Positions 40,702-50,202 of a DNA stretch of 64,000 nucleotides are shown piece after piece; positions within the stretch are counted from its first letter, which is position 1; every line of letters starts with the position of its first letter. Where the stretch lies: positions 32,001-96,000 of IMG/VR virus record IMGVR_UViG_3300042975_000100; one strand, 5' to 3'. A program made the position numbers and the translations under genes. The stretch comes from a virus (Duplodnaviria > Caudoviricetes). The notes under the pieces were generated by a model. The model had not been told where the DNA came from and made no database searches. It saw only the letters and a list, made by a program, of their open reading frames with translations.

Positions 40702-41658
40702 ATGAAAAAGAAAGAAGTTATGCATCTCGTTCCTGAAAAAAATGAGAAGCGCGAAGATAGTGGATTTGGATTTAATGCATCTTCATTGGTTGGAGATGGA
40801 GACGCTCTTCCTGCATTAGAAACCAATGAGCCGGCTAAAAAGAAGAGAGGCCGTCCACGTAAAGAAGATAATGGTGATGGATTCACTGTAGCTAAAAAAG
40901 CTGATCCGAATCCTATCAATTCTGATATGCCTTACGATCAAACGTATAAACAGAATATGATGATGATGTCTGGTACAGTTGCTCAGATCGATGGTCTGAG
41001 TTCACAACTTATGCAGGATCTTGGAGCTGTACGTAACTTACGTAATAGCTTTAAGAAGTATGAGTATATGGGAACAATCGCAGGAGCAGTTACTAGTCTT
41101 ATCGGTAATAAGATCAGCGCTGTGCGAGAGATGAACAGCGTTATCACAAAGTGCCATGACCTTGAGCTTAAGCGTGCTAAGGAGCTTAAAGCCGGAGTGG
41201 ATGACGGTGATGATGATAAGAGACTCATGGATCTCTACTCTGCATTTATCAACAATCCGATGGGTAACCCTGGAGCGAGCATGCCATATGCTAATGTATC
41301 TCAGGCTGATCTTATGTCTGTTGGTGCTAGAGCAAATACCACGAATCTGTTCTCACAGAATGAAGACCCGGGATTTACTCGCTATGAACAGAATCTTACC
41401 CCTCAGCAGAATGCAATGCTGAATGAGGGCAATCCGAACATTGAGACTGTTCTTGTATATGATCAGAGCACACAGGATAAGTATTTTGAGGTAATCGATA
41501 AGAGTACCGGAATGCCTATTCCTAATATGCCTACACCTGGAGAGTTTATCCTTGAAGGATGCGTGCCAGATGTAGTACGTGGCATTGCACGTAACTCAGA
41601 CTTCAATCAGAACTTCCCATTGAAGCTCGTTGGACAACGGGCAGCAAACGAGTATTAA
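40702..41658 (+). CDS. AT-hook-containing coiled-coil protein
   Basis: KKKRGRPRK AT-hook; late promoter at 40664; N-terminal KKEVMHLV motif. Confidence 0.65.
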   Translation: MKKKEVMHLVPEKNEKREDSGFGFNASSLVGDGDALPALETNEPAKKKRGRPRKEDNGDGFTVAKKADPNPINSDMPYDQTYKQNMMMMSGTVAQIDGLSSQLMQDLGAVRNLRNSFKKYEYMGTIAGAVTSLIGNKISAVREMNSVITKCHDLELKRAKELKAGVDDGDDDKRLMDLYSAFINNPMGNPGASMPYANVSQADLMSVGARANTTNLFSQNEDPGFTRYEQNLTPQQNAMLNEGNPNIETVLVYDQSTQDKYFEVIDKSTGMPIPNMPTPGEFILEGCVPDVVRGIARNSDFNQNFPLKLVGQRAANEY

Positions 41659-41754
41659 TTAAAACACACAGTAAAGGAGAGAGCCAATGCGGCTCTCTCC
41701 AATATTGTGTTACGACAGAAATAAAAACCGTTTACAACGGCATTCATAAATATT

Positions 41755-42196
41755 TATGCTGGTATGACTGCTTAGGGAAGAAACCCATGCTTGACTCACT
41801 GGCAAAAACCTTAATCTAAGATTTTATAATTGGATTGTGATGATTAACTTTTAAGATCTTAAGTCTACTGGATTAACAAAAAGTTTAACGGCTTAATAGC
41901 TTAATGATAATTGATTAAATCTTAATGATTATCTCTTCATCTTAATTTTAATCAGAACTGGGACTCGAACCCAGAGAGTGACATAGAGTATCTATGCCAT
42001 GCGTTTACCAATTCCGCCATCCTGCTTAAAGTATGTAGATTTTTGGATCATCTACAATGCTATCTTTGTTTGATAGTTTTGCTTTTTGTTTTTGATTCAA
42101 CTGATCAAAAGTTAAGCGATAGCTTTTGTTTTGTACGGTAAAAGCTATCGAAAGACCGCTGAGCCTTTTCTTGGATTTTTACATCATATCAGCAAT
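41755..42196 (-). ncRNA. Putative large structured RNA containing a tRNA-like domain
   Basis: ORF-free region; the ends can pair (tgctgatatga / tcataccagca and aaaaatc / ggttttt); internal hairpins; TTAA/TTAAG-repeat tract. Confidence 0.65.
41951..42026 (-). other. tRNA-like domain (non-canonical, no CCA, aberrant anticodon arm)
   Basis: D arm tggcggaattggtaaacgc; T arm ctggg-ttcgagt-cccag; acceptor agcagga/ttctgat; 9-bp stem with 3-nt loop replacing the anticodon arm. Confidence 0.8.
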
Positions 42197-42204
42197 GATA
42201 CTTA

Positions 42205-42873
42205 TCAATATTCGATTTCAATCTCCGTGATCTCAGTCATATGACCAAGAGCAGCGTCAATGTTCACCAGATAGGTATCGATTGCCTCTGCGGCATTTTT
42301 CATCTTCTTAGTGATCTCAGCCGGATCAAGAAGATCTACCTTGTACTGTGCATTCAGCTCAGCCTCACGATTAGCGCGCTGAGTCGACGATGCATTCGTA
42401 GTATTGCCGAATTCGTTGTTAACACGCTCGACAATGTAACGATCAGTTTCTTTGACACGCTTGGTATACATCTTGGATACTGAACTAACGCCATTGGTGA
42501 TAGTACGCATGATGCTCGTAAGTTCATTCTTGTAGTAGTTCTTACGAGCGATAGCAGCAGCGAATGAAAGCGATTCTTTCTCATCGCCATTGATATCGTC
42601 GAACGACTTGAACTTCGGTACTTCGATGTACGTCTTTGCATTTGCATTGAGGATAGCATTTGCAATGGCTTCACGGCGAATGATCTTATCGTTCAGGGAC
42701 TGCCAACGAGCTTTAGCGTCAGCTTCCCAGTCTTCAACAGAGAGACCATTGATGATCTTCTCGGTATTGTCTTTTGTTGTGGTAAATGCTTTCATAGAAG
42801 CAGAATCAATCTGCTTATCGAGCATCTTCTTCTGCGCGAGCGCAGCTCTGAGTGTCATGGTTTCTTTTACCAT
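42205..42873 (-). CDS. Coiled-coil protein of the DIP1984-like family
   Basis: MTL..AL...K.LD..I, I..ANA.T, S.A.AI.R, L.DP and ID..L...T.IEIEY patterns; RBS ggagg. Confidence 0.65.
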   Translation of the reverse strand: MVKETMTLRAALAQKKMLDKQIDSASMKAFTTTKDNTEKIINGLSVEDWEADAKARWQSLNDKIIRREAIANAILNANAKTYIEVPKFKSFDDINGDEKESLSFAAAIARKNYYKNELTSIMRTITNGVSSVSKMYTKRVKETDRYIVERVNNEFGNTTNASSTQRANREAELNAQYKVDLLDPAEITKKMKNAAEAIDTYLVNIDAALGHMTEITEIEIEY

Positions 42874-43027
42874 TTTACATTCCTCCAATTTAATGATTAA
42901 TAGCTTAACCTTTGCTACTATAGTGTATATGCTGTGATAAATTATTACATTTTTTCGTTATCATAATCAGACGATTAGACATTTTGTTAAAACCAAAATA
43001 TTATATGTTGAAAGGCTGTGTTTTTAA

Positions 43028-43678
43028 ATGAGTGCACCAAATTCGAATGGCGTATTACGCACTAAACTATCAGATATGAAAATCGGGGATTATATCAAGT
43101 GGCAGTATAATGGTGGGTCTGATACTGCTATTGGAACTTTAAAGGCTGACGATGGCACAGAAAACGAATTACCATCTACTCCTTTAGCTACTGGAATTAC
43201 AGGGTATTTCTACTTCATAAAGTGGAAGCAGGGATTACTAGTAGCAGATAGAGCCATTCATCTCAATATATCGGCCCAGATGATTAATAAAGCTGGCTAT
43301 TTTAAAGGCAGTCAGTATTTTTGTCCATCTTTAGACCAGTTCCAAGCATTCTGCGCCGATGATTTTAACGGCAATTTCAAATTTAGCGATGCTAATTTTC
43401 CAATAGCGACCGAATCCATTGGTGGTGGTGTGGGTCCGAACACACTTAAAGGAAGGCCCATTACTCAAGATCTAAAAATCGTTAGAGAGTCGGGATCTGG
43501 GTATATAACCAATATTATGGATAAGATAAGATATGATACTACTAATTACATAGGATTTACACAACGACAGAACAATCTTAGCAGTGTTGGATCAACATAC
43601 CCTATATTTCTTCCGACGTATTTCTTACCTTGCATGGCATATGTGGACAATTCAAAATCAACAAATATCTATTATTAA
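43028..43678 (+). CDS. Tail/receptor-binding-associated protein (single LVADR domain)
   Basis: MKIGDYI...GYFYFIK...LVADR....IS...IN.AG, related to the repeats of the next gene. Confidence 0.55.
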   Translation: MSAPNSNGVLRTKLSDMKIGDYIKWQYNGGSDTAIGTLKADDGTENELPSTPLATGITGYFYFIKWKQGLLVADRAIHLNISAQMINKAGYFKGSQYFCPSLDQFQAFCADDFNGNFKFSDANFPIATESIGGGVGPNTLKGRPITQDLKIVRESGSGYITNIMDKIRYDTTNYIGFTQRQNNLSSVGSTYPIFLPTYFLPCMAYVDNSKSTNIYY

Positions 43679-43687
43679 GGAAATTAG

Positions 43688-45736
43688 GTGATTAACTTGG
43701 CTGATATAACTTCACTAACTAAAGTGACAGACCCATACAATATCCAACCTGGCCAATACATTACCTGCGATTATACAACTACGGCTGCAAATACTCTAGG
43801 AACTTTTAGTAACCTTGGCAAAGCTACTAAAGATCTTTTAGCAACTCCTCTTACAGGAGCAGGTGAAGGTTCTTTTAACTTTATCTGTATCGGATGGGAC
43901 TATGCGGGTAGACCTTATCTTATCGCTGATAGAGTTATTCAGACTAGCTTTAGCTTATCAAGCAATTCAGCTTTGAACACTACCTCTGGTACTACGGCTA
44001 CGATCGACAGTTCGGTATCAGTTAACTTGCGTGTACTCAACAGAGACACATGGGATAAGGCAGTTGTAAAAGGCGGAGTGACTGGTATAGCTGCTGGTGA
44101 TGCATTATGGAATTTCTCTATCCCATCATGGACATTTGAACTTCCATCGGATAGCACCGATGGAACGGCGAATTATATCCTTGGTGGTGCAGCTGTCGAT
44201 ACGATTGCTACAAAAGCAATTAGCACCGCAGATGCAACAGTAGGATACCGTCCTGTAATGACCATCAATTCAAAGCCAGCATATCGCGGTAATCCTGGTC
44301 TTGCTGCAGGCATTACGCTTGTGACAGATCCAGTCAAATTAGTTCCTGGTACGGCTATCTCATGTGAGTATACCGTAACTACTAAGGGAGCTATCGGAAC
44401 ATATGCAAATCTTGGTAAGGCTACCAAAGATCCTTTACCAGATTACCCAGTAGATCTTCCAGATGGAACATTCTACTGGATCTGCGTTGGTTATACTCCA
44501 GCCGGATATCCGAAGTGCTTTGCCGATAGAAACATTCAGGCAAACATTTCATGGTCGACTTTGGCCACTGCAGCGCTTACCACTACCTCTGGTACTGAAA
44601 CTACAGTTAGCGGCCACAAATGCAATTTACGCATTCCTAATTCCATCCCAAATAGGCACATCAGCATCCCAGATTCTAAGTATGGAGAGTGGGATGCAAT
44701 CTTTACTACTTATAATGCTAATGGTATTAAAGCAAGTAATGAAGTATGGAATACTAAATTCTCACAATCTTTTACAACGGCTATTCTGTCTGATGTAGAT
44801 GATGCTGGTAATCTTGCAGATGGTACTTATATCATTGCTAGAGGTTATCAGGATGGAACTGATGGAGTATATCAGGATAAAGAGGATGTACAGACTAAGT
44901 ACACTCAGTCTCAGACACTCTCTAACGTAGGTTTCCGTCCTGTATTTATCTATACAGAGATCGATGCTAACTCAAGAGGTAAAGTAGGAACTACGCTTCC
45001 ATCTTTCGACTTTAAACCAGGAACGTATGTACAACCTGGTGAGGTTATTCCTTGTACCTATACGGTTACAACTAAAGGAGCTCTTGGCAAGTTTACTGAA
45101 TTTGGCGGAAAGTCCGACAAAGATTGGATCTTGGCTGAAGGTGAAGATCTTCCAGATGGGCGCTTTAACTTTATCTGTGTAGGATATACACCGGATGGTT
45201 GTGCTAAGTTAGTAGCCGATAGAAACATTCAGACGAATATTTCTTGGACTACGCTTAACAATGCTGGGCTTTGTCTCACTACCGGTAGTGATGTTCCTGT
45301 AGATGGAACTAACTGGAAGATGAGATTGTTCAACACTACCACTACCAGATTCGTATCTGAAACTGATTATGGTGAATGGGATGCTATCATTAGTCTTATG
45401 ACTAGAGCTGGTATTACTAAGCCATCAGATCCAGAGATATGGAACTGTGGTAATAACCGTAGTTGGACGCTTGCTACCATTGCTACTATCGATGATGCTG
45501 GTACTCTTGGAACACAGGATAACTGTATTGCTAGAGGCGTGCAGGATACTGCATTCAATATCAAGGATGCAAGCTTTACGAAGCAGCCTTTCCAAAGCGC
45601 TGCATATGCTTCTAAGACTATCGGCTTTAGACCAGTAATGTGGTTCAAACAGAAACCTGTATCAAGCACTAACCCTTATCGTGCATTCGTACGTATTGAG
45701 GATGATGCTTTGTTCGCAAATCAGAATTTCTTCTAA
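43688..45736 (+). CDS. Putative tail protein with three tandem about 220-aa domains
   Basis: Three repeats of PG..I.C.YT....G.F.FIC.G....ADR.IQ...WD...WN...G[FY]RPV. Confidence 0.7.
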   Translation: MINLADITSLTKVTDPYNIQPGQYITCDYTTTAANTLGTFSNLGKATKDLLATPLTGAGEGSFNFICIGWDYAGRPYLIADRVIQTSFSLSSNSALNTTSGTTATIDSSVSVNLRVLNRDTWDKAVVKGGVTGIAAGDALWNFSIPSWTFELPSDSTDGTANYILGGAAVDTIATKAISTADATVGYRPVMTINSKPAYRGNPGLAAGITLVTDPVKLVPGTAISCEYTVTTKGAIGTYANLGKATKDPLPDYPVDLPDGTFYWICVGYTPAGYPKCFADRNIQANISWSTLATAALTTTSGTETTVSGHKCNLRIPNSIPNRHISIPDSKYGEWDAIFTTYNANGIKASNEVWNTKFSQSFTTAILSDVDDAGNLADGTYIIARGYQDGTDGVYQDKEDVQTKYTQSQTLSNVGFRPVFIYTEIDANSRGKVGTTLPSFDFKPGTYVQPGEVIPCTYTVTTKGALGKFTEFGGKSDKDWILAEGEDLPDGRFNFICVGYTPDGCAKLVADRNIQTNISWTTLNNAGLCLTTGSDVPVDGTNWKMRLFNTTTTRFVSETDYGEWDAIISLMTRAGITKPSDPEIWNCGNNRSWTLATIATIDDAGTLGTQDNCIARGVQDTAFNIKDASFTKQPFQSAAYASKTIGFRPVMWFKQKPVSSTNPYRAFVRIEDDALFANQNFF

Positions 45737-45785
45737 AGCAAAATAAATCCCTCTACTCACTGCGAGTAGAGGGATATTTTGTGCC

Positions 45786-46370
45786 TTATTTATAGCCATA
45801 CGCGAATTCATTCTTATCCTTCATGGCATCGTAATAAAGAATATTAAGATGATTACTAAGAGTGAACACCCCAGGAACTGGATAAGTGATTGGATTGCTT
45901 GGAGAACCATCTTGGAACCAAGCTTGGCCATGTGGATCTGAATAGAAATTTTGCATAATGCATCTAATATCTTTTCCATTCAAATATGATATGTCGCAAT
46001 CCTTACCAATAAGAGTGCCATTCCGATATGTAGATGCACGATTCGTTGTAAAATCAAATACAATAGTGCACCAACTAGTATCTTGCGTTCTTCCAAGGCT
46101 TATACCATCTATATCACTTTCTGGTCCATACGCACCAGATATATACGAATGGCAATAAGCCGCATTACGTGCGTATGCCGTATATCCCTCAGCATTATAC
46201 GTTCCAGGAAGGTTATTAGCATCCTCGAATAGTATATCCATACAATTATGGCCAGAGGCACATCTAACCCCTACCTGCCAAATTCCTGTTCCAGGAATGG
46301 TATTATCAGAAAGGATTATTCCTCCTCCCATACTTACATAACTAGCTCCATTGAATAATATTTGCTTCAT
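45786..46370 (-). CDS. Small beta-rich (SPRY/ConA-like) protein
   Basis: IVFDF.......YRNG and ..P.G.F.L patterns; paralog-like to the neighbouring gene. Confidence 0.5.
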   Translation of the reverse strand: MKQILFNGASYVSMGGGIILSDNTIPGTGIWQVGVRCASGHNCMDILFEDANNLPGTYNAEGYTAYARNAAYCHSYISGAYGPESDIDGISLGRTQDTSWCTIVFDFTTNRASTYRNGTLIGKDCDISYLNGKDIRCIMQNFYSDPHGQAWFQDGSPSNPITYPVPGVFTLSNHLNILYYDAMKDKNEFAYGYK

Positions 46371-46382
46371 GTATATCTCTCC

Positions 46383-46940
46383 TTATTTGTATGACCATAA
46401 AATGTCCTTTCTGTCTTCTATAGACATAGTAGGCATTAGGTCACCGAGTACAGTATATCCATCTGGTATACTAGGAAAATCAGATCTAAATATAGTTTGG
46501 GTTTCTCCAACTAATGGATTGAAAATATACGTTTTCAAATCTGCCCAAGTACCCAAATTTATAGAATAAAATAATGTACCATTAAAAAAGAAATTCATTC
46601 TATTGGAATCATAATCAAATCCATACCCATATCTTCCGGCCTTTTGGTACGTAGGGCTTGTAGAAACATAGTTGAATGTGGTACCATTTGTCCAACAAAA
46701 GCCTATATCTCCTTTAGAGTCCCAACCAATCACATTGGTAACATGCTGAAATATCAGATACCCAGGTAATTTTCCATATGGAAGACCTTGGAAGTATTCA
46801 TTCTTTTGATATGGATATATCTCGGGTATATTGTATTCAATATACAATTTGCCCGACTTATCCACTACCTGAGGGATTCCCCCCCCCCCCAATACTAAAT
46901 CTTTGTAGCTTACCGATGGATCTATTCTCATGATAACCAC
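46383..46940 (-). CDS. Small beta-rich (SPRY-like) protein with G12 tract near the 5' end
   Basis: SGKLYIE, GFDYDS....FFFNG and IPDGY patterns. Confidence 0.55.
   Translation of the reverse strand: MVIMRIDPSVSYKDLVLGGGGIPQVVDKSGKLYIEYNIPEIYPYQKNEYFQGLPYGKLPGYLIFQHVTNVIGWDSKGDIGFCWTNGTTFNYVSTSPTYQKAGRYGYGFDYDSNRMNFFFNGTLFYSINLGTWADLKTYIFNPLVGETQTIFRSDFPSIPDGYTVLGDLMPTMSIEDRKDILWSYK
46879..46890 (-). repeat. G12 homopolymer in coding sequence
   Basis: Twelve consecutive C on the + strand. Confidence 0.9.
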
Positions 46941-47015
46941 CTTAACCTTTCTCGAAATTCATTTACTAATTTGTCAAAAAAAAAAGAACTCGTAATGAGT
47001 TCTCCTTTTCTCTGT

Positions 47016-47928
47016 TTATTTACTATTGATCAAATAGTTTACCGTAGTCTCCATCAATGCTAGTAACAGCATCTTGGCCATATTATCTCCACCACCGATA
47101 GCTCCTTGTACGATTCTACCAGTTGTTCTGTTCGGCTGGTAGAGAACGAGGCATTTGGTATAGTCTGATTTACAATCATTTATACCATTAGGTACAAAGG
47201 CAACCTTGTACTTAAGAGATTCGCGGCACGTTCCTTTATGGAGCCAATATCCAAGATACTTACTATCTCCGATAAGATCACGAGCCTGATCATACATGCA
47301 GTCAAGCTGCTTGTCGCTGATGTACTTATTACCATCCCAAGTATCATCATAGAGTGATAATGCCCAAAGTGAAGCGACTACGATCGGAAATGATTCGCAT
47401 CTTTCACCAAGAAACTTAAGCACCTTACCGAGTTTAGCCCTATCTACCTTTGGCATCCTTACAGGAATCTCTAAGTAATCTTTATACTCCTTAGATGGAC
47501 TAAACTGCTTGAAGAAGAATAAAGACTGCTTATCTGATATCAGATTGAACAAGGCGCTAACAACCTTTGGATTTGCAGTATGTGGATTGATTCTGAAGAT
47601 ATCATTATCTCTTTTTGGATCTCCGTTTACGATAGCCTTACGAATGTCAAGTTCTAATCCATCTTTTGACGCTCGTTTCAATTCGTTAGGAGCAGAATCG
47701 GTTCTTCCTTTTGAATCGGATCAGGCACATAACTCAATGGAATATCAAAAGCACTATACCTACCGATGGCCCATGCTTCTGCTTTTCAGACACATGCATA
47801 TTGAATGAAAAGTCATCAAACCATCCGATGTTTTCGCTACGGCCTCTTCCATCTTCGCTTAAGCGACCTTTGATACCTGGAGTTACCATTACTCCTTTTG
47901 CATCTGCATTTAAAGTAAACAGTTTCAT
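47016..47928 (-). pseudogene. One early gene broken by two 1-nt frameshifts (or assembly errors)
   Basis: Reading continues MKLFTL...VSEK, then AEAWAIGRYSAFDIP...LLTN, then LKRASK... across three frames; RBS and early promoter precede only 47928. Confidence 0.55.
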
Positions 47929-48055
47929 TACAATTACTTCCTTTCAAAAATCTATTTACACATCTCACATTTATAATATATATATATATAATTATTATAA
48001 AAAACAAAATAGATCCCTGGGTATTTAAACCCAGGGAAATATTTATTGTTTCTTT

Positions 48056-50200
48056 TTAGATGGTCTTAAGCATCTTGCTAAATTCGTCTAAGAACTCTTC
48101 TCTTTCCATGATCTCTGCATCTTTGTCAGCATTTCCGATAGCTATAATGCGATACTCACCATTTGCATTCTTAAATGCCTTGGTAAAGAACTTATCTTTA
48201 TCTAGTGGGACATCGCATTTGAGCTGAACCTCATCATCTGTACTTTCATAGCCACAAGAATTAAGGCAGAACTTAATCCCCATAGCAGCCTGCTTCGCAC
48301 TATCCAAGGATACATTGTAGAAGCGCGTCTTATCTTTATTGGTGATAAAAGCAAACTTAACGGTATCCCCAAATTTATCGAAGCCAAATTCCTGATTCAG
48401 CCGTTCTCTTTGCAATCTAACTGAATTCATCTTGAACTTTCTAGAAGCAACAGAATCAGAAATACATTTCGTCATATAGCTTACAGCACAGATAAGATCA
48501 TTCTTTTCCATAAGCTCGTCTTCATCTGAGCATGCAGCCAAAAGTAAGATCTTATTATCATGGAATTCGTCCTCATAGGTTCTGACTAAGAATCCATTTG
48601 GATTGTTGAATTTATTAGTAGAGGCATTCGTCTCTACAATATTCTTGTATCCATATGATTCCAGTGTAAGATCAAGTATGAAGATAATGGACTTTGCATC
48701 TTCAATACTAACAGGATAGAATTCAAGTTTGTCATTTGGATAATCCATTAGAGCAAACTTAACCTTGTCCGTTCCCATCTTTTCAGGATCGAATTTTTCT
48801 TGGACTTTAGAAGGAGACTCTTTTGGATCTGCCTCCATATTGCTATCAGATTTGTTGATAGTTCTATCCCGTCTATAGGGAGGGCGAGTCTGAATCTTCC
48901 CTTTTTCATCATAGCTAATAGTGGAATTTACGTAGTTAGCATCGATAGCGTCAATAACTTCTGTTATTGTTAATACAGGATAAAACCTAATATCTTGTGA
49001 TGCTGTCTTCGTAAAAATGATCTTTAAGCTATGGTGCTCAGGATCGTCGAATCCAATAGTTGTACCATTTGCCTCGCCATACATCTTTTGTAGAGTTTCT
49101 TTGAATTTATCCATCTCATCATAAAGAATAATAAAACTGCTTGTATTGATACTAGTGCCATCTTTGTCGCACAAGCTATACAATCCAGAGATTACGGATT
49201 TCGTGTAACTCTCCTCTTTCTCCAGAGTTTCAAACATGCTAGCCTTGATGTCATTAACTATCTTGGTTATGGGTTCTTTCTTATCCCCCTTATCATTTAC
49301 AGAGTTTGCTTCTACTACATCTAATTTCCTTTTTATGGATTCAACAGACAATGCACCACCCCCAGCGATGATATCAATTTCTGTAACCAGACTATCACAC
49401 GTTCTAGCAACCAAGCAGATATCTTCTACCATCTCAGCTGGAGTCTTTCCAAACTCATTGATAGGATGCTCTTCTTTGATCACCTCAATATCCAATGAGA
49501 TTTTATTGTGCTTATACTCTATAACCGCTGAGCCTTTCCCGCTGAGAAACCAAGTCCCGAATTTTGTATTCAGTTCTTTTTTAGCATCGATGGTCTCGCA
49601 TCTAAGATAATACTCAGAACGAGTCAGTAATCTAGGTGCATGGTTAGTAATATTCAGTGAGAAACCAACGATAACCTTTGTATGGGTGTACGAATCATCT
49701 TTAGGAATGATGGTTTTGCTTGGATCTTCTTCCTTATAGTTATTCAGTTGACTTGCCTGAATATGCATGATTACTCCATACTTTGATTTGAATACGACAG
49801 TCTTGATTCCTGCATTCTTGATCATACGCTTACAGAGCAGGCATGGCGCTCCAGATGCCAACGTGCCATCTGCATTCTCTCCATAGATATAAATGGTAGA
49901 ACCAATCATACGCTGTTTAGTACAATTGATGATAGCATTCTGCTCTGCATGTACGGCTTTACAGAGTTCGTATCTTTCTCCTTTTGGTACATGGAGTTCT
50001 TCACGTTTGCACTCTCCATGATCAGAGCAATTCTCTTCTCCCACCGGAGAGCCATTGTATCCACTAGATACAATGGCATTTGACGTATCAACAATAACTG
50101 CACCGTATTTACGGCGCAGACAAGTGGATCTCATAGAAATTGCTTTTGCTACATTCAAGAAATATTCGTCCCATGATGGGCGTGCTGCTGTTGTTTTCAT
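48056..50200 (-). CDS. dCMP deaminase fused to a long C-terminal region of unknown function
   Basis: RPSWDEYF, RSTC.RR..GAV, GYNG, HAEQNA and PCLLC in the first about 150 aa. Confidence 0.85.
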   Translation of the reverse strand: MKTTAARPSWDEYFLNVAKAISMRSTCLRRKYGAVIVDTSNAIVSSGYNGSPVGEENCSDHGECKREELHVPKGERYELCKAVHAEQNAIINCTKQRMIGSTIYIYGENADGTLASGAPCLLCKRMIKNAGIKTVVFKSKYGVIMHIQASQLNNYKEEDPSKTIIPKDDSYTHTKVIVGFSLNITNHAPRLLTRSEYYLRCETIDAKKELNTKFGTWFLSGKGSAVIEYKHNKISLDIEVIKEEHPINEFGKTPAEMVEDICLVARTCDSLVTEIDIIAGGGALSVESIKRKLDVVEANSVNDKGDKKEPITKIVNDIKASMFETLEKEESYTKSVISGLYSLCDKDGTSINTSSFIILYDEMDKFKETLQKMYGEANGTTIGFDDPEHHSLKIIFTKTASQDIRFYPVLTITEVIDAIDANYVNSTISYDEKGKIQTRPPYRRDRTINKSDSNMEADPKESPSKVQEKFDPEKMGTDKVKFALMDYPNDKLEFYPVSIEDAKSIIFILDLTLESYGYKNIVETNASTNKFNNPNGFLVRTYEDEFHDNKILLLAACSDEDELMEKNDLICAVSYMTKCISDSVASRKFKMNSVRLQRERLNQEFGFDKFGDTVKFAFITNKDKTRFYNVSLDSAKQAAMGIKFCLNSCGYESTDDEVQLKCDVPLDKDKFFTKAFKNANGEYRIIAIGNADKDAEIMEREEFLDEFSKMLKTI

Positions 50201-50202
50201 AA

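Noticed and set aside
41800-41950. CRISPR array or tandem repeat
   Set aside because: Only short, irregularly spaced TTAA/TTAAG words; no constant repeat-spacer structure and no cas genes.
41951-42026. Functional tRNA-Val(TAC) or tRNA-Leu gene
   Set aside because: The anticodon loop is paired and lacks U33, the acceptor stem has a mismatch, and there is no CCA; reported as a tRNA-like domain instead.
43688-45736. Diversity-generating retroelement target
   Set aside because: The G[FY]RPV endings are suggestive, but there is no reverse transcriptase and no near-identical template repeat with adenine-specific mismatches in this window.
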